From Kudoa neothunni (lineage: Eukaryota; Animalia; Cnidaria): a stretch of DNA of 64,000 nt. How positions within the stretch are numbered: the first letter of the stretch is position 1; each line of letters begins with the position of its first letter. The DNA is taken from positions 1,442,733-1,506,732 of the forward strand of contig OZ199840.1 of NCBI GenBank assembly GCA_964304625.1. The letters are read 5' to 3'. Made by a program: the position numbers and the translations under genes. Shown in pieces: positions 41,981 to 53,716 of this stretch. Below the pieces are notes generated by a model, which was not told the DNA's origin, ran no database searches, and saw nothing but the letters and a program-made list of their open reading frames with translations.

Positions 41981-43047
41981 GGCTATTTTATAGTATATGT
42001 GACGAATTTTGGCTTTGTTCGTAAATTGTTGAATAATTGTTTGGGATGGGAAGTTTTAGGAAATTATTCACATAAGAGGACATTGACGATATGAAAGTTT
42101 TTGATTTTGCATATTTTTGTGCAGATAACATATAAACAATTAAATTTTTGCAGAATCTTGGACTTCTACAAAGCTACATGAAATGTTGGTGTGACGCGAT
42201 AATGAAGATATCAACAAGAAAAGACACCGGTGATAGCTACCCAATTTAAGTGTATAAGATGCCGAAAACGATGCTCAATAAGAAAAAAATAATATTTTTG
42301 AATTATCCAAACTTCCTCTGTGAAAAAAGTTTTCTTTTTATGTTTCACGTCATACAAAATCCAACGGCTACTTACGAAACGCTACAATTTTATTTCAAAA
42401 TAGAGTCATATGCTGCTATTTTTGAATGGAAGAGTATTATTCACGATTTAATGACTTCAAAACTTTATGAAGAATCCAAAAAAATGGGGGAGTAGGAGTC
42501 GTGCAGATCGATGAAACCGCTATCTCAAAAAGAAAATATAACGTAGGTAGATTATTGAAGAACCAACAATACTGGATGATAGGCGGTATAGATGAAGATG
42601 GAAACTGATTTTTAGAAATTTCCCGCCTTAGAAATAAAAGTGTTCTGGAGGAAATAATCACCAAGAATGTTGAAGACGGTTCCACAATATGGACAGGTGG
42701 TTGTGCCGGGTATAATCGACTGTATAATCGACTGGCAGATTTATGGTTCGTTCATGGGAAAATGATCTATAAAAGGAGATTTTTATCGGACGAAAGTGTT
42801 CATTCAAATCGAATCGAAGCTACTTGGGGAGCTTTCAAATGCAAATACAGAAACGCGACCAAAAAAACTCTGGAAAGTTTTCCAAGATATATATACTTTT
42901 TTTGTTTAGGTTTAAATAAAAAATTAAAAAATTGTGCACTCTGTGTAGATATATAAAGATTTCATATTCAAATTTAATATGGTGCCAAATTTATCCCGAG
43001 CGTTATGTTTTTGTACCAAAATTCGTTACAATTACTGTAAAATAGCC
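41981..43047 (+). mobile_element. Merlin (IS1595/ISXO2-like) DNA transposon, transposase pseudogene
   Basis: About 32-bp TIRs GGCTATTTTAyAGTAwwTGTrACGAATTTTGG. Motifs VQIDETAISKRKYNVGR, WMIGGID, GSTIWT and VHSNRIEATW with stops and frameshifts. Confidence 0.88.
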
Positions 43048-45466
43048 GAGAATTAGAGGTTCAGATTGAAAAATAGTTCATTTGATTCAATATTAAATTG
43101 CATTTATTTTTAAAAAGAGATTTTAAGCGAGTTAAAATTTTATAACTTTTCTAACGAAATATAATCAATTTAAATTTCGAAATAAATCATTTTTGGGGAT
43201 AAAATTTACTGAGTTGAATTTTATTATGAAATCCCGATTTAAAAATCATCGAATAAAATATAAGTTATCCACTTAATGTTGCAACCTATGTACTTATTTA
43301 TTGCTAATAAAATTTATCACCTTCAAAAATTAATCCCAGAGTAATCTTATATTAATTTATAAAACAATTATAAATATCTTGTAGGTAACAGATTCTATCT
43401 GAATAATCTATAAAATTCACAATTCTCGTGGATTAAAGATTTTCGTCCTCCAAAAATAAACGATGTTTATATTATTTAATTATCGTATAACTTCGTACAT
43501 TTATTTCTGAATCCGGTTTATATTTAGAATAGAGGCCGAATTTTCAGATTATGATTATAGATTATTAATTGGTTCGAATATTAATCCTATATTTTTAAAC
43601 CCAGATTAGCGTTATATTTATGTTATCATTTGCAAAAATGGCTTTTTTTCATTCAATATATTATTTTTGATATTATGGTTATGTATTTGCTACAATTGAA
43701 CACCTAATGCTTGTATGAAATATAAATTCGTTATTCTTATAAATACAGATTTAATAATAGGCAATCGTTAAGAATGAATTATGACAATCCAACAAAATTA
43801 GAGTTGTCCAACTTAAATTCTGAAACACATAAAGTATGCTTTACTTGAGCCAACTTAATTGATGGTATAACGTGTTGAAATAAACGCAAGGGACTAGGAA
43901 TTTTGTGCATTAATAGATTACTGCAAGTGCTATTGTGGTGACAAATAACGGTTTCTGAAAGTACCCTACTGATGGAGCAGCACTGATCAATACTCATCAT
44001 TAAAATATTTGTAGGGTTCGTTTTTGTACGTTATCGCTGTTTTGGATTACAGCCAATATGATACATTTTTACAGTGGATCCAGTAAGTTCAACATTAGAA
44101 CTAAATCAAAATAGGAGACAATTTTAATTAGAAATATATAAAAAAAATTTTTCCATTAGAGTTACACCTTTTTGCGTCAAAATAATCTATCGCAAAAAAT
44201 GACGCAATAATTGGAACTATTTAACAATACGATGCAATGAATTAGTTGATTGGTCTAACCAAAACCTAACAAATCATTAAACATTACATGTCAGATTAAG
44301 AAAAGCTTCGTTATCAATTCCACTCAGATAACCAATCTTATATACATAAAATATACAGTTTAGAACTATAATTTCTAAAATTTAAAAGTTTGAATCTAAT
44401 AATATCAGTATTTCGAATTTTACGCATTTTACGCATTTTAAATAAATGAGCTCTTAATATATAAAATTTAATCTTAATAGCTAAATCCTACCATAAATTA
44501 CTTCAAACAACGATACGAGCTATTAAATATGAAGTCTCATAAAAAGATCTCTTAATTGAAAAAATTTAACTTATAAAATTTCATTCATTTTTTAATAAAT
44601 GAAAACCAGATTAGTAGTTTATTTATATTATTCTTTGTTATTTTATAAATACTTAATATTAATATGATTTTATTGCAAGAATTTTATCATCAATTAAGTA
44701 TTTAATTCTTCACTTAAAAAATATCAGTTAAACCAATTTTTTTTAATATACAATCAGATTAAAGTTCCTTTAATGTTTACTTTGAAATATAGATTTTAAA
44801 AGAAACTAAAGAATTATAACACTTAACCTAACTTTAATAACAAATACTTATACTTTTATTATCTTTAATGTTACTAGTTGAAACAACGACGCTGAACTAC
44901 CTATTGTATTTGTAAGTGGATTAATTTAAACTACGATCCTTTAAGTTGTACTTATTAAATTTGAAATTTACGTATAGTTTTGTAAGAGATGTTATTTGAT
45001 TTAAAAACTACGAAGAAAATCACACTTTTAGTTATTGGAGAAAGAAAGGAAGATTATAAGGTCGAGGAGAAGATTATTCTTTTAGATGAATTAATCTCGA
45101 TGAAATAATTAATAAAGAATATTATAATTATAAAATAGATTAAAATTAAAATTTGTTTATTTTCGTCTTTCATAAATATCCTAGCACCGCCTATCGTAAG
45201 AATGACAATCGGCAAAAATGCCCAAATGATTTTTTTTCATAAAAGAGGTCGTCAAAAATCGTAACTCACTTGGGAAAGGTTTTTTGGGTTTGGTCGAAAT
45301 TTCATAGCTGAAGGAATTTACAATAGTCTTCTTTTCAAGTAACTGAAAATTTTTTTGTCTATTTGATACTGTCGGTGTATTTCTTTATGGGGTTTTGGAT
45401 TTGTTGTTGGTAGGTCTAATTATTCTAATACTTCCAAAAAGAATAGGCTCATTTCTGATTGTTTGA

Positions 45467-47567
45467 ATGGGAAAAATGTTTTATACATCAATCATATACA
45501 AAACTTGCACCCCTTTGTTGACTAAAATATTAGTACCTTACATCCACACAGTTATTCCAGTAATTAATTGTTATTATTTCTAGGGAGACTGGATTCATTA
45601 TATCATTGAAATAATACTCTTATTGTTGGTTTACGCGTTATATAAAAGGAAAGTTTTCCTTTTCAGCACTATTGAACGTTGTAAATTGACAAAACACGTA
45701 ACTTTGGCAACTTTTATCGACTATAGCTATAGCTATATCGATATTTATTTTTATTATTAGGAAGAGGAAAAGTTGTTAAAAGAATGGGTGCCTCAACCGT
45801 TAGTGCCGACCAAATTTCAACCTTCCACCAATATCACAAATCCATTCATAGTACACAAGTTGGTGCAGTTTTTTGAGTGTAGAAAAAGCTATTATTGTGT
45901 TAGTATATCTGGAAAATATATTGCTTTCGAGACAGGGAATGATGCCGCTTCAAAGAGGATAATTAAATGTCTTAATTTCGCGTCATTTAACACCTACGGC
46001 TTTATTGGAGACGAATCAATCGCCAACAACGCCAAAAACGTGGTGAGAACATGCGGAGTGGGCTCGTGTGGGCCAAGACAATTTTTCGGTACCAACGGTA
46101 TTGAACATTAGAAATCATTAAAAAGTCAATTTCTTATTCAATAATTTACCCTTAGAAATACATTTGAAGTTAGAAGAAAAAATAACACAATTTATCGGCC
46201 AAGAATCCACCATTTCACTTTGTTTTGGATTTCTTACAGCCGCCAGTGCCATTCCATCATACGCCAAAATGAGTGATATAATATTCTGGTGATTTCTTTG
46301 AACAGTGTTTAACTTTTTTTATAACTTTTTAATTATGTGTAGCGATGAATACGTCAATATGTCTATACAAATGGGAATCAAATACAGCAAAGCGACTGTT
46401 TATTGGTACAAACACAACGATATGGACTCATTGGAAGATCTAATCCACTCGGTGTTTTCCAAGTTGTGTAAGGTAATATATATATATATAACTTTATCTG
46501 CTAGAAGAATATGTATCGTCATTGCGTAATGTCGTAGAATAAAAAAGAATTCCAATCCACACGATGTTTTATCATAACTGAAGCTATTTTTTACAACTAT
46601 GGAGATATGGTGGATCTAAAACGACTGGTACTTCTATTTAAATAAATTTATGACAAATAACCAAATAATTAGCCTTATGTCTAATACCGACCTTGATTTT
46701 AGTTGGCCATCAAGAAAAAATATAAAATACGCGTCTTTATTGACGAAAGTTTATCATTTGGAATGATAGGGAGCACCGGAAAAGGTATTAGCGAGTATTA
46801 CAGCGTTGATATCAGCGCTATCGATCTCATTTCATCATCATTGGAAACTTCTGTGGGAAGTGTTGGAGGCTTCTGCAGTGGATCCGGCTACATAATTGAA
46901 AGACAAGTATAAAATGAGACTCATATTTAGAAATTAAATAAATGGGGGTTTCTATGATGACATTTTAGCGATTATCAAGTGCTGGTTATGTTTTCTCAGC
47001 ATCTCAACCACCAATGTTTGCTCAAGTTGCAATAGATTCCATTGATATGCTGTCCAAAAATCCAGGTATTCGTTCCATTATACAGTTTTTAAATTATTTC
47101 TCTTATGATAATTAGTTTACATTAAAAATCTCAATGATAATTCTCAGCTCTTCTACGAATCCCTTATTCTTCGACTTCCTTTAAATTATATTGTGCATGG
47201 AAAGCCACCCTCATGCGTTTTCCATATCAGATTCCTTAATCCTTCGGCTGATAGGAATGAAGATTTGGCTCTTTTTGAAAAGGCGCATCAACAAGTATGT
47301 TTAAAAAATAATTGTTAAATAATAAAATGACAATATTTATAGCTTATCACCCATTTTCAAGTTGCCACATGCTGCTGTAGGTATCTAGATAAAAATGAGC
47401 GCCATCTTCATCCTCCTAGGTAAATTACAAACCATTATTCCCACATGCTTTCAATTTATGAACTATTGAACAACTTATACTTTAGTTTAAGGATTATTAT
47501 CAGTGCAATGCTTGATGAAAACGATATTCAAAATAGTATTGATGCTATCGTTAAAGTTTTACAATGA
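45467..47567 (+). CDS. SPTLC1: Serine palmitoyltransferase subunit 1 (LCB1), multi-exon
   Basis: N-terminal TM HYIIEIILLLLVY, EWVPQPLVP, CLNFASFN, GVGSCGPRQFFGT, FIDESLSFG, and ISSSLETSVGSVGGF, which lacks the PLP lysine as expected for LCB1. Also QRLSSAGYVFSASQPP. Confidence 0.92.
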
Positions 47568-47899
47568 GGAATATCATTCAATTATTATATATTCATGTGT
47601 TGCATGTTTTGAATCGAATTTGCACCCAAATCATTAGTCGAAAGCGATTTCGATTAAATTTTCAAATACTTTTATCTAAGAATTTTGTCATAAAATATTT
47701 ATGATAATTCAGAATTTCTCTTATTATTTTAAACTCCCCCTATTACATCTATTAATGGAATTTATCTAACGAAGACATAAAGCAAATTCGCTTTATTATA
47801 TTTAAATATAAATGCTTAAAAATTTCGCAAAAGAAATATATTATCATAAGTATATTAAAATATTTTTTTAAATATAAAAGAATTTCCTATCTAATATGG

Positions 47900-48300
47900 C
47901 TGCATATAAATACAATAAACAGCCTAGATGAATTGTGATAGATTAAACAACTACATGAAAGTATAATATTTTGTTTAAAATAAAAAATATTGTTATTCAT
48001 TTGGATAAAATTCGTGAGACACTTTGAAATTAAGTTCATAGTACACGAATGGTTTTCCTACCTCAAAACACCATTAGTGTCTTGTATACGGTGGATCAAG
48101 GAATCATCAATTCGTTCAAAATTTTATATAAAAGACAACGAAAGGATGATTCAATGCTTTAGAAAACATAGGTAGATATATTGCTTCATCAAGCTTCTTG
48201 AATTTCTAGACGCCTTTCCTCTATCGAAGAAGACCCGGAAGTTGGCTGAGATTGAAACAATCAATTCTTTTAAAAAGAATCTTTATTTTTCTCTATGAAG
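47900..48300 (+). mobile_element. pogo/Tigger DDE transposase relic upstream of Kunitz copy 1
   Basis: FLPQNTISVLYTVDQGIINSFK matches the pogo motif FLPPNTTSxLQPxDQGII. Confidence 0.65.
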
Positions 48301-48997
48301 AATGAAAATTTATTAAAATAATAAAGCCATCAATGGCAGTGGATTGATCTTAAATAAAGCGTAAAAAAAGATTGAGGAGGAAACCAATTTTTATAGAACA
48401 AAGTGACTGTGATATCCAAAAATGTAATTTTTCACCGAACAATATGGACTCATCAGAATCTAAAGTTTTTGTTCTAAAAAGGCTTACATCCACAAACATA
48501 TTAATTATTACTCATTAACAACGTAAAATTAAAGGAATTCTCAATCAGATATGATCCCTATTAAAATTCATCATGGCCTAATTCTAGGTTCCACGCTGTA
48601 TCACGAATGAATATGCTAACTCCTATTTTTAATCTATTTTTTGTATTTTGAACTTTTTTATTTCATTTTTTTCTAAAAACTCACGTATAGATTCTGAATT
48701 AGACTTTAGTTTGATGTTCGTTTTATGTACGTAGCTCATAGTTCCATTGCCGGTCGATGATGAATTTTCCTATTCTGGTTATTCTAAAATTACGTCAAAT
48801 ATACCGCTTAATTATTAAATCAAAATATTTAGCTAGATAAAGAATTAAGTATAAACCAGTTTCAATATAATGACATTTTTTATTGAATTTATTTATAACC
48901 TTATTCATGTATCGAATTATTTTCATTAATCATAAATAAACCGAGGATTGTTTGTCTTCGGCTCAATTTATATTATTTAATTGTATCCATAAATTAT

Positions 48998-50468
48998 ATG
49001 AATTATTCATTTTGTAAAATATTTTTTCTCTTATCTATAAAATATTGCTTTTCAGGTTCGGTCATTTAATTATCTAATTTGTTTCAATTTATTCTTCAGA
49101 TCCTATATTACCATCCTATGAAAGGGATGAAGGGGATTGGCCTATAGGGGGAATAAGAAGCATGGAAAACGTTATTGATCGTTGGTTTATTGACATTAAC
49201 GATGCCAAATGCAAACCTCTCGAATACCGTGGTATCAAAGGAAATTACAACAATTTCGCATCAAAAGGACTTTGTGAAATGCATGGTAAATTATTTTGCA
49301 AGACTACCTTATTACGATAATTTAAGGTAAATTAACCGAAAGAGAAAAACTTCAAGGATGCAAAAAACCAATGCATCCAGGACACTGTGTAAAAAATGAA
49401 ATTACAACAAAATGGCACTACTTTGACCAAACTTCTGCCACATGCGTTGAGTTTGAATATAATGGATGTGGTGGAAGTTTTAACAGATACGAAAATAAAA
49501 CAGAATGTTTGTTATATTGTTTGAGTAGGTGATATATCTTTTTGAATTTATATAAAATAATATATCTTAGATAAAAGGAATGGAGGTCTTACCAACGCTG
49601 ATGACAGAAAAATATCAGCTGATATAAAAATCCAAGATTATAAAGTACCAAATTATTTGGATTGTACATTGAGGCCAGACGTCAAAGACAAAGATCCTAG
49701 CACAGGAATTATTGCTGATATTGGGAAGCAGAAATGTGCTTATGCTGCGGTCTCCGTGGATTCGAACACAAGAGGAATTTTTGGCTCCTTTCATGAATGT
49801 GTTAACAAATGTTTTCGTACATTTACTAATTGCTATAAATTTTTGATCTATTTTAGCATATGACTACGATTCAACAATTTCACACGAAAACCAGCATAAA
49901 AAGAAAGTCCAAGCGTGTAAAAGTGCCCCTGATCAATATGCAGTGACAGAAGGAAAGAATATTGTCGACAGATACTATTATGACTCGGATGCTAAATTAT
50001 GCAAACGTATGGAAACAGGGCCGGGTGATGATACTTTGTCGGAGTTCGACCCAACTAAAAATAACTTCCCAACTATGGAAATGTGCCACAGTTATTGCGG
50101 TGCGGGTATTATTTTTGTTATAATTTTGACTAAATTTAATCCAATTAAGGCTTAATGATAGTAATTATGAATTTCATAGAATTATATTATGTAAGATAAA
50201 TTTAGAAAATTATAAAAAGCAAATAGTAATTGAAGAAACGTGTACCAAACCTAAAGAGGGAGAATGGGAGTCAAAAGTCGCAGGAAAATTTAAAGTTAAG
50301 AGATTCTATTACAATCAAAACAACCACAAATGCATAGCATTTAATTACAAAGGTTATGGTGGAAATTCAAACAACTTTAAAACAGGAGACGAATGCAAAG
50401 CTATTTGCGAGGGTCATTATAACCAAGGTAATGACGTCAAGATTGAATCTACCGTCCCCACAGCATGA
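48998..50468 (+). CDS. Secreted five-domain Kunitz/BPTI protein, copy 1 (about 400 aa, 6 exons)
   Basis: Signal exon MNYSFCKIFFLLSIKYCFS, then five phase-1 exons each encoding a Kunitz-like domain (e.g. FEYNGCGGSFNRY, FNYKGYGGNSNNF). Stop at 50466-50468. Confidence 0.9.
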
Positions 50469-50713
50469 GATCCATATAATACAGGACACCTAACACAAGA
50501 AATTTAGCTAACATTGCGGTTTATTACTATTTTCTACGCCATCAAATTGTTTCATTAGATCATTTTGTTATTACTTTAACATCATGAAAGAGCAGCGAAA
50601 TAAAGTTATTGATATATTTTTTATCAAATTTTTTTCGGCACTGGCTATTGGCATGGTAATCAAGATCTCCATAATCGCTTCTCAGTTTTCAACCATATTT
50701 CACAAACTAATTA

Positions 50714-51306
50714 CCGTAAATCCTTGTGTATAAGACGCACCCGTGAACCTTAAATTTTGTTTAAAGTTTGGGGGTTAACGTACATTTTAGAAAGTGCAAA
50801 TGCTGCAGATAATTTATTCAACAATAAGACACTAGGAAATATCCAGCATTTGTACTCAAATAACGTGGTAATTAGCTTTGGTCGTTGTCATACGACATCT
50901 CTAACTCTTGATTCCATTCGCGGACTTGTTTTTCATTTATGCTAAAAACAACAACAGCATTTCGGTTGGTAGTTTCCAAAGCCACATTCACTACTTTCAA
51001 CTTACACGAGGAGTCGTATTTTGACCTTCTCGATGACATAGTTTAAAAATGTGCTTGATTATTCTTAATTTGCTCAATATAGTTTACAACAGACTTGACA
51101 CTTTCTCTGCAAAGCTGAGATCACTCCCTGATGGATTGCAACTCTGTCAGCCAACCCCTTCGTGTGACGACACACAGACGGTAGACTTGGCGAATGACTT
51201 ATGACTAGGTTAAATTAAGTGTGTTAAATGAATGAACGAATGTATTGGGGTGACGGATAAAATTAGTTTGGCATGGCGGGTGCGGCTTATACACGAGAAT
51301 TTACGG
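50714..51306 (-). mobile_element. pogo-type internally deleted element/MITE
   Basis: TA|CCGTAAATCCTTGTGTATAAGACGCACC ... GGTGCGGCTTATACACGAGAATTTACGG|TA. Relic of a Brinker-like HTH (NRNAVVVFSINEKQVREW) on the minus strand. Confidence 0.85.
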
Positions 51307-51583
51307 TAGCTGATTTTTTTCCTACAAATATAAAATATATGTTTATCGTCGTGAATACCTCATTAAACAGAATAAGATTTTTAAAATCGTAAATTTTAAG
51401 TTATTATTAAAGCATATGACTCTATTAAAATTCATTATAACAGTAGTTCCATAATAAACGACGAATGGTCCACCGCCATTATTCACTGGGTTGTGTGCGA
51501 AAAAACTAAGCCGCGTGTCGAGGCTCGCAATTAGTTAATTACACGAATTTATATCAAAAATATATAAATCTATTTTTAGTTTT

Positions 51584-53097
51584 GGCACTAGTAGAGAATT
51601 GTGGACCGTGCGTAGTACTGTAATAATCCGTTAATCTCAAATTTGCGCCTGCAAAAAATAGATATACATTTATACACAAAAAAAAGTTTCTAACGCTATC
51701 TGAGTTAATATATTATTCATATCCGATATATCATCACTGGCGTAGATTTCACGCCACATAAACTTGCCAAGATGACTTGCGAGAGTGGAAGTTTGGACGC
51801 TTGCCATCCTTTTGAATTTCCTCTTACAATTTTTCCATTAACATTCCACATTGTTAGTATGGACTCCAGTTACTGGACCTTTAAAATGCTTGGAGTGGTT
51901 CATTGTAGAGTGTTAATAGGATGGATCAACAGGAATATTTTTGATTTTATTATACGACGGCCACTGGTCAGAGTGGATGATGCTTCCCAGCTTAATGGAT
52001 CTTTGGATGTGCCGTGGACAAATAGCACATTGATGCGACACTCGGACTCAGAATCTTGAGGTAATGGGTTCAAATCCGCCGGTGGTTAGACTACTGCTTC
52101 CGTGTCGGGGGGTCTCTATCCCATATTTGGGAGCTTTGGTTAACGTGTACGCTCGCTGTGGAGTAGGATGCACCGGCAGCCAGATTTGCGTGAATAGGAG
52201 TTTGAATCTCCGGAACCCATCGAAAGGCAAAGTTATTTGCAGTTCCCACAGAGCCAACGTCCTTAAAGGGATAGGGTTTGGGATGATGGTCTCCCTGAGA
52301 CGAGGATGTTTAGTGGGTTAAAGTCCCACACTACCGCATAAAGATAAGCGACGGGGTTTCATGTTCATCCTGCGGTGCCTAAATCGTTAATGGAAGAGTT
52401 CTGACCAACCAGAATTCCACAACCTAATAAGTTGCGCCAGGGGTTTTACCTTGAAAAAAATAGACCTTTCCACATAATGTAGAAATGTATCTTCAGTTCT
52501 ATCCTCAACAAGCACGAGGAAGCCCCGTTCTTCAACAATGTCGTATTCACCGAAAACCAACCTCTTCTTAGGCCATCTCCTTACATTATTTTTTGTTTTG
52601 GCCATCAATAATTCATCTATCTGAACAATGTGACCGGTACCACCAACTTTGTAATCATCCCTTATCAGTGTTCTAGAGCAAACGTCTCTAAAATACTGAT
52701 GCCATCTAATAATGGTCTTCTTATCCAGAGAAAATTCCTCGCTGACCTTGAAAACCGGTCGTTCAGTGCCCCATGAGTAGCATACTTTTACAAAATCTCG
52801 AAAACTTAAATTCGAATTATCAAGGTAAGTGTCCCTTTTAATGATGTTTTAACGTTTTTATGAGTTGGACATCTATATATTATGGAGCTGCGATATTTGA
52901 TGATACTCATTTGTCTGCCACAAGTTGTGCATGATATTGGATTTTGTTTCAGAATATTTCTACTCTTCAAAAATTCAATGCTGGCGTCTTCTGGTACTGT
53001 TATCGATAAAATAAAGTCGAAATTCATTTTCGCGCGATTAAAAGTTTCGTAATCACTTAATCCTCTTAATCCGGATCCACAATTCGCCGCCAGTGCC
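51584..53097 (-). mobile_element. Merlin (IS1595-like) transposon interrupted by a SINE
   Basis: TIRs GGCACTrGyrGmGAATTGTGGA and an 8-bp TSD (TTAGTTTT/TTAATTTT). Zn ribbon CTTC...RCPTH and motifs IVQIDE, SIIHSDQWPSY, VHTNNVE. Confidence 0.9.
52011..52460 (+). mobile_element. tRNA-derived SINE (about 450 bp)
   Basis: tRNA-like head with an A-box-like TAGCACATTGATG and B box GGTTCAAATCC, GC-rich body, A7 tail. It splits the Merlin transposase reading frame. Confidence 0.75.
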
Positions 53098-53716
53098 TTA
53101 ATTTTTAATATTAATTTTAATTTTGGGGAATTAACCTCAATTTTTTGTATATTTGTAATATATGATGCTACGGATATTTTATGATTATTATTAGATATTT
53201 AATTGTGAAAATAAGAAGGTAGCGACAAGAATTAAGAGGTTAATTGGAATAAAGATCCTAGAACCAATGTATTTGAAATCGTTATACGTTAGTTTTAATA
53301 CTAAAGGATTTAAGTTTTATTTTAAGGCAATGCTTCTTATATGATGTATGAATTCGCATGACCACGAAATTTTAAAGTCATAGTTATGGAGCTAACAAGT
53401 CAATGCAATGACGATAAAATTTACTTTGAGGTCGGTAAGAAGTTCCCCATATTTGATTCACTACGTGAAACAATTTATGCTTTTGAACAGAATAAATGTT
53501 GTAATCTTGAAATATACAACTCGAGATCACTGGAAAAAAATACTTGAGCTAGTAATTACTTTTTTATTTATCATAAAAGTTAATATATTCAAAAACTCCT
53601 ACAAAGAAAATGGAGAGATTTTAGTTTGTGTTTGTTTCTATTTATTACAGAAGTTAGTGAAGTCGAAGATTCCTGCAGCAAACAAGGCGAAAATTTTTCA
53701 GGTGATAGTTGTTTAA

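Noticed and set aside
52011-52085. Functional tRNA gene
   Set aside because: Acceptor stem does not close and the D arm is degenerate; it continues into a SINE body with an A tail.
51772-52321. ORFs 51772-52059, 52048-52257 and 52064-52321
   Set aside because: Antisense to the Merlin transposase, or chance frames in the GC-rich SINE.
52310-52380. Pistol-ribozyme-like words (hairpin, TAAGCG, GGTGC) in the SINE tail
   Set aside because: Pseudoknot complementarity and the conserved UAAAU linker are missing.
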